From a bacterium (GTDB taxonomy: Bacteria; UBA8248): 64,000 nt of DNA. The position numbers and the translations under genes are program-made. Shown one piece after another: positions 8,997 through 19,156 of this stretch. Within the stretch, counting starts at the first letter, position 1. Every line of letters begins with the position of its first letter. Below the pieces are notes generated by a model, which saw nothing but the letters and a program-made list of their open reading frames with translations, made no database searches and was not told the origin of the DNA. The stretch lies in the NCBI GenBank assembly GCA_965221165.1, contig CBDCRP010000003.1, positions 672,001-736,000 on the forward strand, read 5' to 3'.

Positions 8997-10118
8997 CTAT
9001 AATTCCTCATACTCGTTGATGGCCATGGGAAGTTGAACAGGCGCTTTTCGGTTTGCGGAAACATCCATCGCCATGGTGAGCAGCAGATTTCTGTGTCCGT
9101 CTTGCACGGTGGCATGTGGTGTTTCCAAACCTGTATACACACGCCCGAACCAAGCGTTGGTTTCTTCGCGCATCGGACCCCAGAGCTGATCGAATGCGAT
9201 GTCTCCAGGTGGATAACTCGTCAGAAAATCTACGTTTCGCTTCACATCGGGCGTATAACCCGCCGGTTGCGCATTTTCACTGGCGAGCACCAAATCCCTA
9301 TGCGTATCGTCGATGGTGAGAACACCCTCGGTGCCTACGATGCCGATTTCCAGGCTATAGACGGAGCCGGGCCAAACCGTCGGCAGCGCCCATGAGATAT
9401 TCATGCTCCATATCGTCCCATCATCAAAGGTAAAGATGCCCAAAGTCGCGTCCTTGGTGCCATAAGAAGCGCCGAGCACCTTATCCATCGAACGCGCATA
9501 GACTTCGACAGGCGTTTTCCCGTCCATCAGCCACATACAGATATCGAGACTGTGCGTCCCCGAGACGACCATAGGCGTGAGGATGCCCCGGTATTCCGTT
9601 TTCGTTACCGTGGCGATGGGCACCAGGCGGTTCATGAACGCTCTCGTGACCACCGTGGTGACGTCTCCCAATTGACCGGTGCGAATCTTTTCCTTGGCGA
9701 CCAAAAACCGCCTTCTGAAACGCTGGGTATAGCCGACAACCGCATCCAGGCCTGCGTCTTCGACGGCTTTGAGAACCCGGGCGGAATCAGCCGCATTCGT
9801 GGCCAGGGGTTTCTCGATGAACAAGGCATGGCCTCCATCCACCGAAGCCAATATAGGACCTACGTGCTCGTTTTCCTCCGTGGCGATGATGGAAGCCGTC
9901 ACCTCCGGTCGGTCCAAAAGCTCCTTATAGTCCGTAGTGAAAAAATCGGCATTCGTTTCCTCGGCGAGTTTTCTCCCCACTTTCTCGTTGATGTCACAAA
10001 GGCCCAGCCACTCGACGCCCGGATAATCGCGGGCGAATTCAGCACGGACTCTACCGATCGTCCCGCAGCCGACTATGGCCAAACCGATGGGTTCTCTCTT
10101 TCCATTTTCACTACTCAT
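8997..10118 (-). CDS. Gfo/Idh/MocA family oxidoreductase
   Basis: GCGTIG, IEKPLA, GYTQRF, HSLD. Confidence 0.9.
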   Translation of the reverse strand: MSSENGKREPIGLAIVGCGTIGRVRAEFARDYPGVEWLGLCDINEKVGRKLAEETNADFFTTDYKELLDRPEVTASIIATEENEHVGPILASVDGGHALFIEKPLATNAADSARVLKAVEDAGLDAVVGYTQRFRRRFLVAKEKIRTGQLGDVTTVVTRAFMNRLVPIATVTKTEYRGILTPMVVSGTHSLDICMWLMDGKTPVEVYARSMDKVLGASYGTKDATLGIFTFDDGTIWSMNISWALPTVWPGSVYSLEIGIVGTEGVLTIDDTHRDLVLASENAQPAGYTPDVKRNVDFLTSYPPGDIAFDQLWGPMREETNAWFGRVYTGLETPHATVQDGHRNLLLTMAMDVSANRKAPVQLPMAINEYEEL

Positions 10119-10229
10119 TCCCTACTCCCTGGTATGTGCGAGTAAACTTCCATGAAACACGCCCTGAGACGACCTCTCCACTCAACGAGAAATCATGCGA
10201 GAGCGCGCAAAATTCCAACGCCTTAGAAA

Positions 10230-10592
10230 TTAGTCTTTGAGTTCGACGCGAATCGCTACAAGAGGTTTATCTCCATGATTTTCTACGGCGTGCAAACCCT
10301 CTCTACCCAGCCAGAAAGGGATGCCTTCTTTGCGATCTTCGCTGATGGCGCAAGCCTCTCCCTTATCATTGTAATAGCTGATTTTCGGAAAATTCACGAT
10401 CGTAAAGACACTCTCCCATTTATGCGTATGCTCGTTTTCCAGCTCTCCGGGTTGAATCGTCACACGCAAGACGCGGACCCGCTCGTTCTCGAAAATAATT
10501 TCGTGATTATCGGGAGCCGCGAATACGGCATCCAGTTCCTCGGGCGTTCCGGGAATATACTCTGGCCGCTTCGGCGCAACATTTTGGCTCAA
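10230..10592 (-). CDS. cupin-like protein
   Basis: FENERVRVL..PGE..HTH, HAVEN, IRVELK; TTG start after GGAGG. Confidence 0.75.
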   Translation of the reverse strand: MSQNVAPKRPEYIPGTPEELDAVFAAPDNHEIIFENERVRVLRVTIQPGELENEHTHKWESVFTIVNFPKISYYNDKGEACAISEDRKEGIPFWLGREGLHAVENHGDKPLVAIRVELKD

Positions 10593-10625
10593 TTTTATCC
10601 CTCCATGAAAATACAGGCACACCGG

Positions 10626-11561
10626 CTATGTGAATAATGATTTCGGCAGCATGGCATGAACTCCTTTCACTCCATTCACGATTTGCGTGACCCGCAAGTC
10701 TACGGCGAGGCTGCAAAGCGTATAGGCATCATCCTTGCTCATGCCTCGCAACTCTCCGAGGAATTTTATCGTCTCCCGGAGCGCCATTTTGGCCGCGTTA
10801 TCGAGTATGGGATCAAACCCCATCAGGATATAATGCGTATCGGTTTCCGCACGGGGATTTCCCAAGTGCAAATCCTTTCGGACGATAATTTCCATCGTAC
10901 CCGAAAGACCCGTTTCAATGGCCGTCAAGCAAGCCTCCCCGTCTCCCTGGCAACCATGCCCATCGCCCACGGAAAACAGCGCGCCCTCGTTGAAAATCGG
11001 GAAATAGGCGATAGAACCCGAGATGAGCTCTTTATTGTCTAAATTTCCGCCCCAGGCGCTTGGGGGATAACTGCCCACACGACCCACGGAGGGCGGGGGC
11101 GCTACGCCAAAATTACCGAAATACGGCCGCAGAGGCACCTTGACGCCCGCACCCCAGTCTCCCGTTTGCGCATCTAAATCGAGGTCCACTATGACGGCGC
11201 GCGTATACGGAAAATCTTCCGGCAATCCCCCCATCATCGGCCTGATGGCGTTATATCCCCAGTCATAGCGCGTCTTGACTTCATGGATACGAACTTCCAG
11301 CACATCCCCAGGCTGAGCGCCTTCTACGGCGACGGGACCCGTCATGATATGGGGGCCAAGCTCTTGGGGGACTTGCGAAACAATATCCCGCAAATTCTGC
11401 GATGCCCGTTCGCCGAGTTCGGCCAGATATTCTTCTCTGCCCGATTCCGTATGAACCTCCAGCGTATCGCCCGAGCGAATCCACATCACAGGTTCGAGGG
11501 AGGCGTCATAATGACCCCAATGAACGGTATCCGGGTTCGCAATCAATTCATGAGTCGCCAT
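10626..11561 (-). CDS. acetamidase/formamidase family protein (paralog 3)
   Basis: HIMTGPVAVEGA, GGNLDNKEL, GDGHGCQGDGE. Confidence 0.9.
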   Translation of the reverse strand: MATHELIANPDTVHWGHYDASLEPVMWIRSGDTLEVHTESGREEYLAELGERASQNLRDIVSQVPQELGPHIMTGPVAVEGAQPGDVLEVRIHEVKTRYDWGYNAIRPMMGGLPEDFPYTRAVIVDLDLDAQTGDWGAGVKVPLRPYFGNFGVAPPPSVGRVGSYPPSAWGGNLDNKELISGSIAYFPIFNEGALFSVGDGHGCQGDGEACLTAIETGLSGTMEIIVRKDLHLGNPRAETDTHYILMGFDPILDNAAKMALRETIKFLGELRGMSKDDAYTLCSLAVDLRVTQIVNGVKGVHAMLPKSLFT

Positions 11562-12508
11562 CAAAATGCTCCTTCATCAAGGATATCCTTCGGCAGCATC
11601 GCGTGAACGCCTTTGACACCATTCACAATCTGCGTGATGCGCAGATCCACGGCCAAGCTGCACAACGTATAGGCATCATCTTTGCTCATGCCACACAATT
11701 TCCCCAAAAACTTGATTGTCTCCCTGAGAGCCATTTTGGCTGCGTTATCAAGAATAGGGTCGAATCCCATGAGGATATGATGCGTGGCCGTCTCTGCGCG
11801 GGGCATCTCCAAGTTCAAATCTTTTCGGACAATGAGTTCGACTCTTGCGGACATACCGCATTCCAAGGCCGACAGACAGCTCTCTCCATCCCCTTGGCAG
11901 CCGTGTCCATCGCCTATGGCGAACAAAGCGCCATCCTGGAATACGGGAAGATAGGCGCGAGAACCCGCGATGAGTTCCTTGTTGTCCATATTTCCTCCCC
12001 AGATTCCCGGAGGAGTGGATGGAACACGACCAAAATCATCAGGTGGAGCCACACCAAAATTACCGAAATAGGGCCTTAGCTGCACCTTCACGCCTGCTCC
12101 CCAGTCACCCGTATTCGCCTCTTTGTCAATTTCCACAATCACCGTTCTTGAATATGGGAAATCCTCGGGCAAACCACCCGCCAGGGGCCGAATCACGTTA
12201 AAGCCCCAGTCATAGCGCGGCCAAACATCCAGAAACCTCACTTCCAGGACATCGCCCGCCACGGCTTCTTCCACAGCAATGGGTCCCGTGAGGATGTGGC
12301 CGCCTAAGTCTCTTTTTCCACTCTCAGCGATATGACGCAGGTTTTCAGACGCTCTTTCTCGAATTGGAGATTCAAGGGTCCGGATCCCCGGTTCCGTATG
12401 AACTTCGAGCACATCGCCCGAAGCCACGGTGAGAACCGGAGAAAGATCGGAATCATAATAACCCCACTGAATGTTGTCGGGGTTTTGCGTAATCACGTGC
12501 TCGGGCAA
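11561..12508 (-). CDS. acetamidase/formamidase family protein (paralog 2)
   Basis: HILTGPI, GGNMDNKEL, GDGHGCQGDGE. Confidence 0.9.
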   Translation of the reverse strand: MPEHVITQNPDNIQWGYYDSDLSPVLTVASGDVLEVHTEPGIRTLESPIRERASENLRHIAESGKRDLGGHILTGPIAVEEAVAGDVLEVRFLDVWPRYDWGFNVIRPLAGGLPEDFPYSRTVIVEIDKEANTGDWGAGVKVQLRPYFGNFGVAPPDDFGRVPSTPPGIWGGNMDNKELIAGSRAYLPVFQDGALFAIGDGHGCQGDGESCLSALECGMSARVELIVRKDLNLEMPRAETATHHILMGFDPILDNAAKMALRETIKFLGKLCGMSKDDAYTLCSLAVDLRITQIVNGVKGVHAMLPKDILDEGAF

Positions 12509-12533
12509 CGATGGCCCCTTCTAAAAATGAAAC

Positions 12534-13469
12534 TCATTCAAATAAAGATTTGGGCAGCATGGCGTGAACGCCCTTGGTGCCGTTCACAATTTGAGTGACG
12601 CGCAGATCGACCGCCAAGCTGCACAATCTGTAGGCATCATCGGGGCTCATGCCGCGAAGCTCACCCAGGAATTGAATCGTCTCCCGTAAAGCCATCTTCG
12701 CCGCATTATCCAGAATCGGGTCAAAACCCATCAAAATGTAGTGAGATTCCGTTTCCGCGCGCGGGATTCTGATGTTCATGTCCTTGCGAACGTTCATCTC
12801 GAAAGTACCGATGAGGCCCATCTCTATCCCGTTGATATTCGCCTCACCGTCCCCCTGGCAGCCATGCCCGTCTCCCGCCGAGAATAATGCGCCTTCGTTG
12901 AAAATCGGCAAATAAATCGTCGAACCGGCCGTAAATTCCTTACAATCCGTGTTTCCTCCCCACTCCCCGGGCGGAAACGTGGGCACACGCCCAAGCGCTG
13001 ATGACGGCGCTACTCCGAAATTCCCGAAAAAAGGCCCGAGCGGCACCTTGACCCCTGCTCCCCAGTCCCCCGTGCCGCTTTCCTCGTCAACCTCGACAAC
13101 CACCATTCTCGTATAAGGGAAATCCTCCGGCAGACCGCCCACCAAGGGTCTGAATCCGTTATAGCCCCAATCATAGCGGGGTTTGACCTCATGAATCTTG
13201 ATTTCCAGCACGTCGCCGGGTTCGGCGCCCTCGATGGCCACGGGACCCGTCATAATATGCGCCCCAGGGCTCGGGGACATGGTCTCCAGAATTTTTCTGA
13301 GATTTCCAGAAAGTCTCTCTGGATGCTTTTCCAAAAAATCTTTCCGCCCTGATTCGGTTTTCACGACGAGCGTATCGCCGGAAGCTATCGTCAGGACGGG
13401 AGCAAGGGCGGCATCATAAAAACCCCAATGGCAGGTATCGACAGTGGTATCCAGTTCGTGCGTGGCCAC
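12534..13469 (-). CDS. acetamidase/formamidase family protein (paralog 1)
   Basis: HIMTGPV, GGNTDCKEF, GDGHGCQGDGE; AGGAGG SD. Confidence 0.9.
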   Translation of the reverse strand: MATHELDTTVDTCHWGFYDAALAPVLTIASGDTLVVKTESGRKDFLEKHPERLSGNLRKILETMSPSPGAHIMTGPVAIEGAEPGDVLEIKIHEVKPRYDWGYNGFRPLVGGLPEDFPYTRMVVVEVDEESGTGDWGAGVKVPLGPFFGNFGVAPSSALGRVPTFPPGEWGGNTDCKEFTAGSTIYLPIFNEGALFSAGDGHGCQGDGEANINGIEMGLIGTFEMNVRKDMNIRIPRAETESHYILMGFDPILDNAAKMALRETIQFLGELRGMSPDDAYRLCSLAVDLRVTQIVNGTKGVHAMLPKSLFE

Positions 13470-13635
13470 AAGCGCTCCTCCTTCTTGGAATTACAGCGCA
13501 AAGAATATTCCACAAGGATGTCATCGAACATCTATCGAATCCCTGGGCAATACAAATCTAGGGATGTAATCAGAATTCACCATCGACTCTATCATCCAGA
13601 GATTTGAAGATCAAAAATCCATCGTCTGAACCTCT

Positions 13636-14409
13636 TCAGGCAAGAACCGCATTTACGAGCGCAGGTAGAACATCACCCGTTTTTCCCTGAATCCGTATGT
13701 CCGCTTTGGCGTCAAAACGAGTGGGGCCTTCGTTCACGATGATGAGGCGCGCTCCTACCCTTCGAGCGCGCTCGGGCAAGCCGCCCGCCGGCCTCACCGC
13801 CAATGAGGAACCGGCAACCAGGAAAACCTCGGCCTCCCGAGATGCTTCAACGGCCCGGGACAATTTTTCTGGAGGTAAACCTTCTCCAAAGAAAACAGCA
13901 TTTGGTTTCAGCAAGCATCCGCAGTCCTTGCATTTTGGTATGCTCTCACCGCCCTGAACCCGCGCGTGCACCTCGAAACGAGGCAATTTAGACCCACACC
14001 CCACACAAACACACAGATGACTCGTCCCGTGCAACTCCACGATCTTCTCCGGGTCATGGCCCGCTTTTTGATGAAGGCCATCCGTATTTTGCGTCACGAG
14101 TAATTTCAAGCGATCGTACTCGGACAATCTCGCCAAGGCGATATGGCCACCAGAGGGGAGTGCGTTTCGGACCAGATCGTACCCGTCTTGAGCGACCTCC
14201 CAATAGCGTTTTTGTATGTCGGTCGAAGCCAGCCATCGACGAATATCGAAATCCTTGGGGTCGAATCGATCCCAAATCCCTCCTTTGGACCTGAAATCGG
14301 GAATGCCGCTCTCGGTGCTTATGCCGGCCCCGGTAAGACACACCGTCGAGTTAGATTCCAAAACCCATGCCGCTGCTTTCTCGATGAGTTTTTTTTGGGA
14401 ATCGTTCAA
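13636..14409 (-). CDS. cobB: NAD-dependent protein deacylase (sirtuin)
   Basis: TGAGISTESGIPDFR, TQNTDGLHQ, ELHG, two CxxC, GSSL; TTG start re-picked. Confidence 0.85.
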   Translation of the reverse strand: MNDSQKKLIEKAAAWVLESNSTVCLTGAGISTESGIPDFRSKGGIWDRFDPKDFDIRRWLASTDIQKRYWEVAQDGYDLVRNALPSGGHIALARLSEYDRLKLLVTQNTDGLHQKAGHDPEKIVELHGTSHLCVCVGCGSKLPRFEVHARVQGGESIPKCKDCGCLLKPNAVFFGEGLPPEKLSRAVEASREAEVFLVAGSSLAVRPAGGLPERARRVGARLIIVNEGPTRFDAKADIRIQGKTGDVLPALVNAVLA

Positions 14410-14544
14410 TGCTTCTTCCCCGGGTTGAAATAAATAATGGCAATAACAACAATGAGATGTGAAATTCAGCCGCCAATTGATGTATGGTACGCAAGAATAG
14501 AGCGCATGCAAATCAAAAGTGATGAATCGTGGGGATACTGAAAA

Positions 14545-15813
14545 TTGTATGACGCGAAAAAGCACTTGTTCAGATTGATACCGCTCTTCACCATATTCGC
14601 CATCGGGATAAGCCTGTCCGGTTGTAGCGACGCTTTCCTCCCCAAGGTGAAACCGGGTTCCGTCAAAATTCTGAAAAACGCCATTGAAGTGGAATTCACC
14701 CAATTGACCCGTGAGTTCGACCAACTTGACCGAAAAGGCGACCTGGGGCTTTGCGACCCCGTGCTTTTCGGAGTGGCGCGGTTCGCCGTTTATCAAGCAG
14801 TCGAAGAGAAAAGAACCGCCACTATGGCGCAACTGACACGGTTCATCATGCGGGCGCGCGCAGCCATGAGGCGTGCGAAAGAAAAGATGCAGAAAAAACA
14901 ATGTGTCGACCAAGATGGCGATGGCCTTACCGACATCACGGAATATCGTAAATATAAAACGAAGCCCGACAATGCCGATACAGATGGAGATAAAGTTTCC
15001 GATGCCCTGGAAGTTCGCCGCTACAGGACCAACCCACTCAAAGCGGATACGGATGGTGATCTTCTTGACGATGGAGATGAAATAGCACGCGGCTTGAGTC
15101 CCCTCCTCGCCGATAGTGATGGGGATGGATTCATTGACGGGATAGAAATCGCCCATAGTTCGAATGCGCGCGACCCATGTTCTCAACCCCTGGATGCTCA
15201 ACGTCTGGACCGTCTCCGCGAATGCAGAGAGAAAAAGATTCACATCAGAAAAAATCGGGTTCAAATACCCCGAAAACAAACTCCAAAACCCGCACCTAAA
15301 GCAAAACAAAACCCAAAGAAAAAAAGAAGATTCAAGGCCCAAAAACCAAAAATGAGACCCTCCTCCAAGTCTGCCAAAAGATGGGCACAAAACATCAAAA
15401 AAGTGAATTTCAACAAGAAAAAACCGAAACCGACGACTAATCACAATGGTTCGCATCCTGAACAAAGGGTCCAGGCGACCCAAGCCCGCCAGGCGAATGT
15501 AGCTATTTCTTCAGGCCAGGAACCGCAAATTGAAATCACCCAGAAGAAAAAAAATACCCTCACCACAACGCGGGTACAAACGAATCAACGCTTAGCAAAG
15601 AAAGTAAATCACGAGGAGAAACAAACGAAGACAAACCACAAAGAATCACCGAATCACGCACCCGTCGCGGCTTCTTTCGTGGAAAACGCCGATAAAACAG
15701 AAAATCCCGCCACGACTCCCTCCAAAACCAAGTCTCCAAAGTCAAAGGAGAAAAAACCTTCTCCACATGCTCCTCAGACCTTTCCATCCGCGATTTTCTT
15801 GAGGTTATGGTAG
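14545..15813 (+). CDS. lipoprotein with Ca-binding DxDGDG (TSP3-like) repeats and Lys-rich tail
   Basis: Signal peptide with LSGC lipobox; four D-x-DGD-x3-D-x2-E repeats; start uncertain. Confidence 0.7.
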   Translation: MYDAKKHLFRLIPLFTIFAIGISLSGCSDAFLPKVKPGSVKILKNAIEVEFTQLTREFDQLDRKGDLGLCDPVLFGVARFAVYQAVEEKRTATMAQLTRFIMRARAAMRRAKEKMQKKQCVDQDGDGLTDITEYRKYKTKPDNADTDGDKVSDALEVRRYRTNPLKADTDGDLLDDGDEIARGLSPLLADSDGDGFIDGIEIAHSSNARDPCSQPLDAQRLDRLRECREKKIHIRKNRVQIPRKQTPKPAPKAKQNPKKKRRFKAQKPKMRPSSKSAKRWAQNIKKVNFNKKKPKPTTNHNGSHPEQRVQATQARQANVAISSGQEPQIEITQKKKNTLTTTRVQTNQRLAKKVNHEEKQTKTNHKESPNHAPVAASFVENADKTENPATTPSKTKSPKSKEKKPSPHAPQTFPSAIFLRLW

Positions 15814-15964
15814 AGTCATTCATGATGTCGCCGCATTTTCAGATGCGCCGGAGACTGCGCGACCATTTGATGAAGATCGACCCGTCTCAGATGCCAAAAA
15901 TCATCGCATGGCGATTTGAACCGTTTTCATCATCAGAACAACGAAGAGAATAGGAGAAAAGAAC

Positions 15965-17656
15965 ATGGCGGAGCAGAAGACAATGTTGAACCGATTTAGC
16001 CGGCGTATCACCCAGCCGCCTTCCCAGGCCGCTTCTCAGGCAATGCTCTATGGTGCGGGGCTGGATGAAATAGACATGAAAAATCCCCAGGTCGGCATCG
16101 CCAGCATGTGGTGGGAAGGAAATTCCTGCAATTTTCACCTCAATCGGCTCGCTGAATACATCAAACAAAGCGTGAATGCCGATAAAAAAATGGTCGGTCT
16201 TATTTTCAACACGATCGGGGTGAGTGATGGCATATCCATGGGCACGGAGGGCATGAAATACTCCTTGCAATCCCGAGACCTCATCGCCGATTCGATTGAA
16301 ACCGTCGTTGGCGCGCAATGGTACGACGCCCTGGTCACGCTTCCTGGATGCGACAAGAATATGCCCGGCTCCATCATCGCTATGGCGCGACTCGATCGGC
16401 CCAGCCTGATGGTCTATGGCGGCACCATCAGCCCCGGGTTCCTCAATGGGGACAAGCTGGATGTGGTTTCCGCCTTCCAGGCGTATGGAGAATATTTCTC
16501 CGATAAAATTGACGAAGAGCGCTTTCAGTCGGTTATCCGGCATGCCTGCCCGAGCGGCGGTGCTTGCGGGGGCATGTACACGGCGAACACGATGTCTTCA
16601 TCCATCGAAACGCTGGGCATGAGCCTGCCATACAGCGCATCGAATCCCGCTATGAGCGAGGACAAGAAAAACGAGTGTCTCGATGTGGGAAAAGCCATTT
16701 ATCATTTGCTCGAGAACGACATCAAGCCCAGTGACATCATAACAAGAGAAGCATTCGAGAATGCGATTACCATCATCATGGCGCTCGGTGGCTCCACCAA
16801 CGCCGTCATGCACTACATCGCCATCGCCAAGGCCGTCGGGGTCGAACTCACCATTGACGATTTTCAGGAAATCAGCGACAGAACACCTTACATCGCGGAT
16901 TTGAAACCCAGCGGAAAATTCGTCATGGAAGACTTGCACGATGTGGGTGGCGTGCCGGGCGTTCAAAAAATTTTACTGAAAGAAGGCCTGCTCCACGGTG
17001 ATTGCCTTACCGTCACGGGCAAGACGCTTGGCGAGAATATCGAAGCCTTACCCGATCTCCATGCAGGTCAAAAAATCATCGTGCCGCTTTCATCCCCCAT
17101 CAAGAAAACAGGACACCTCCAAATCCTCTACGGCAATCTCGCGAGCGAGGGCGCCGTCGCCAAGATCACGGGAAAAGAAGGGGAGCGTTTCGAGGGTCCC
17201 GCGCGTTGTTTCGACTCCGAAGAGGATGCCCTCAAAGGATTGGAAGAAAAGAAAATTCAAAAAGGGGATGTCGTCATTATTCGTTATGAAGGCCCCAAGG
17301 GCGGCCCCGGTATGCGGGAGATGCTCACGGTTACATCCGCTATCATGGGGGCCGGCCTCGGGAACGACCTGGCCCTCATCACGGACGGCAGATTCTCGGG
17401 CGGCACCCATGGTTTTGTTGTGGGGCACGTCACGCCCGAAGCACAAACCGGCGGCCTCCTCGCTCTCATTGAAGACGATGACACCGTTTTGATTGACGCC
17501 CAAAACCGCATCATGGAACTCAAGGTGCCCGAGGACGAGATAGAAAGGCGGCAAAAGAATTGGAGCGCGCCCCCGCTTAAATTCACCAAGGGTACGCTCT
17601 ACAAATATGCCAAATGCGTATCTTCCGCATCCGAGGGGTGCGTGACGGACGAATAA
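15965..17656 (+). CDS. ilvD: dihydroxy-acid dehydratase
   Basis: [45 protein letters not shown]. Confidence 0.95.
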   Translation: MAEQKTMLNRFSRRITQPPSQAASQAMLYGAGLDEIDMKNPQVGIASMWWEGNSCNFHLNRLAEYIKQSVNADKKMVGLIFNTIGVSDGISMGTEGMKYSLQSRDLIADSIETVVGAQWYDALVTLPGCDKNMPGSIIAMARLDRPSLMVYGGTISPGFLNGDKLDVVSAFQAYGEYFSDKIDEERFQSVIRHACPSGGACGGMYTANTMSSSIETLGMSLPYSASNPAMSEDKKNECLDVGKAIYHLLENDIKPSDIITREAFENAITIIMALGGSTNAVMHYIAIAKAVGVELTIDDFQEISDRTPYIADLKPSGKFVMEDLHDVGGVPGVQKILLKEGLLHGDCLTVTGKTLGENIEALPDLHAGQKIIVPLSSPIKKTGHLQILYGNLASEGAVAKITGKEGERFEGPARCFDSEEDALKGLEEKKIQKGDVVIIRYEGPKGGPGMREMLTVTSAIMGAGLGNDLALITDGRFSGGTHGFVVGHVTPEAQTGGLLALIEDDDTVLIDAQNRIMELKVPEDEIERRQKNWSAPPLKFTKGTLYKYAKCVSSASEGCVTDE

Positions 17657-17660
17657 CGAT

Positions 17661-17708
17661 TCATCATGAAAAAGGGGGAGCAAACAACTCCCCCCTTTTT
17701 CATGATGA
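17661..17708. terminator. bidirectional intrinsic terminator
   Basis: Long near-perfect inverted repeat TCATCATGAAAAAGGGGGAG...CTCCCCCCTTTTTCATGATGA between convergent genes. Confidence 0.8.
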
Positions 17709-17728
17709 CAATGCAAATCTAGAATATA

Positions 17729-18184
17729 TTATTTCTTTTTTCTTTGGTTGGCAAATTCTTCAAAATATCCCCCGATGGAGGAAGCCGCCCAGTCAAAACC
17801 AATCTCCTGGGCTTTTAGCAGCACTTCGTCTCCGCTCAGGTCTTCTTCTTCGGCCAAATGAACAAGCGAGCAAATCCCGGCTCGCCCCACACCTTTTCAG
17901 TGGACGAATACGGGGCCATCTTTTCTGGCCTCATGGAGCGCTTCATGGATTTCTTCCGATAACGCATCGTCCATATTCGAGGCGCTTACGGGAATATGGA
18001 CGAAATTCATCCCTAACTCTTCCGCCGCTTTTCTCTCCGCCTCGGGTGGTAGCTCAGGCTCTTCCTCATCGGCAAAACGCAAATTCACCAGGGTTTTTAT
18101 CCCCTTGTTCACCAGGGATGCCATATCCTTCCGACCCGGCTGGCTCCCGAACGCCAGGTTTTCAGTCAACTCAAAATAGTTCAT
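17729..18184 (-). CDS. DUF442/Blh-like phosphatase-fold sulfurtransferase, probable selenoprotein (UGA 17897-17899)
   Basis: GSQP, TLVNLR..EE, HIPV, GPVFVH-UGA-KGVGRA matches the H-C-x4-R loop; frame stays open to TAA at 17729 just before the terminator (151 aa). Confidence 0.85.
17864..17887 (-). promoter_or_regulatory. candidate SECIS hairpin
   Basis: GGGCGAGC-CGGGAUUU-GCUCGCUU, loop starts 18 nt after the UGA. Confidence 0.6.
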
Positions 18185-18208
18185 GCCGTTTTTCCTTGTG
18201 TGATGGCC

Positions 18209-19051
18209 TTATCCCCGCTGCACCAGTTCCCGGCACCGAAGCAAGCAGGTTACTATTTCATTCTCCCCATCGCGCTTGTAAATTCCAAGCAAATTATTGA
18301 GCATTCTCTCCACGATACGCCGAGGAGGGGTTTCCTGTAAAAATCGCATGTCGAAATGATATCCCAGCCCCCTCACAATTGCAGCGCAATCGCCCACGCT
18401 CAAACGTTTCCCCCTATCGAAGGGGTCCAAAAATACAGGTTCCGCATCACCTTGGTATTTGACGATAAAATGCCCCGGCATCCCGACTCCGTGAAACGGA
18501 AGTCCCAATCGCCTGGCGAGAATCAAATACAAGGCGGAAAGTGATATGGGAATGCCCCGCCTGCGCTCCAACACACGATTCATAAAACTGTTCTGCGCAT
18601 CATAGTAATTATCCCGAGCGCCATCGAACTGAAGATCTCCGTGTAGATATTCCACGACTTCGGCGACAATCGCGTCGGCTGCACTCATACCCTCCAGGCG
18701 TTCACGCAAATGATTTTCCATTCTCAACAATTCGTCTTTTTTGATCTCCATGTCTTCGAGGGGGTGGCCGAAGGACGCCAACAAGAAACACGCATCTTCC
18801 AAATCCACATCTCTTATCGAAGAAAGAGACCAATCCGAAAAAGCGATTTCGATTTGCCCGTAATGGAAATCCCTAAGCGATGGCGGCAACATCACCCCCT
18901 TCGCTTGACGCTTTTTCAACATCCACAAGAGTCTCTTCTGTTCCTCAGTCGAGAATCCGGAAACCTGGCGGTCCAAAGCCGTCGTCACATTTGCCGAACC
19001 ATCACCCAGCAAATGACAAACGGCCTCTAGTTGAGAGTCGCTTAATGACAA
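18209..19051 (-). CDS. SirB1-like transglutaminase-like domain protein
   Basis: YYDAQNSFMNRVLERRRGIPISL, GVGMPGHF, DPFDRG, RMLNNL. Confidence 0.85.
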   Translation of the reverse strand: MSLSDSQLEAVCHLLGDGSANVTTALDRQVSGFSTEEQKRLLWMLKKRQAKGVMLPPSLRDFHYGQIEIAFSDWSLSSIRDVDLEDACFLLASFGHPLEDMEIKKDELLRMENHLRERLEGMSAADAIVAEVVEYLHGDLQFDGARDNYYDAQNSFMNRVLERRRGIPISLSALYLILARRLGLPFHGVGMPGHFIVKYQGDAEPVFLDPFDRGKRLSVGDCAAIVRGLGYHFDMRFLQETPPRRIVERMLNNLLGIYKRDGENEIVTCLLRCRELVQRG

Positions 19052-19156
19052 AATGGCACCCCTTGTTTCAGCGGTCGTCCTTCACTGGCCCTGCCCTCGG
19101 AGTATGGTATTATGATTCGAACATATCCACAATTTGCTATCGCCGGGAGGAGTCAC

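Noticed and set aside
13636-15483. 615-aa sirtuin with a long N-terminal extension
   Set aside because: The extension is the antisense shadow of the lipoprotein gene; the sirtuin domain begins near 14409
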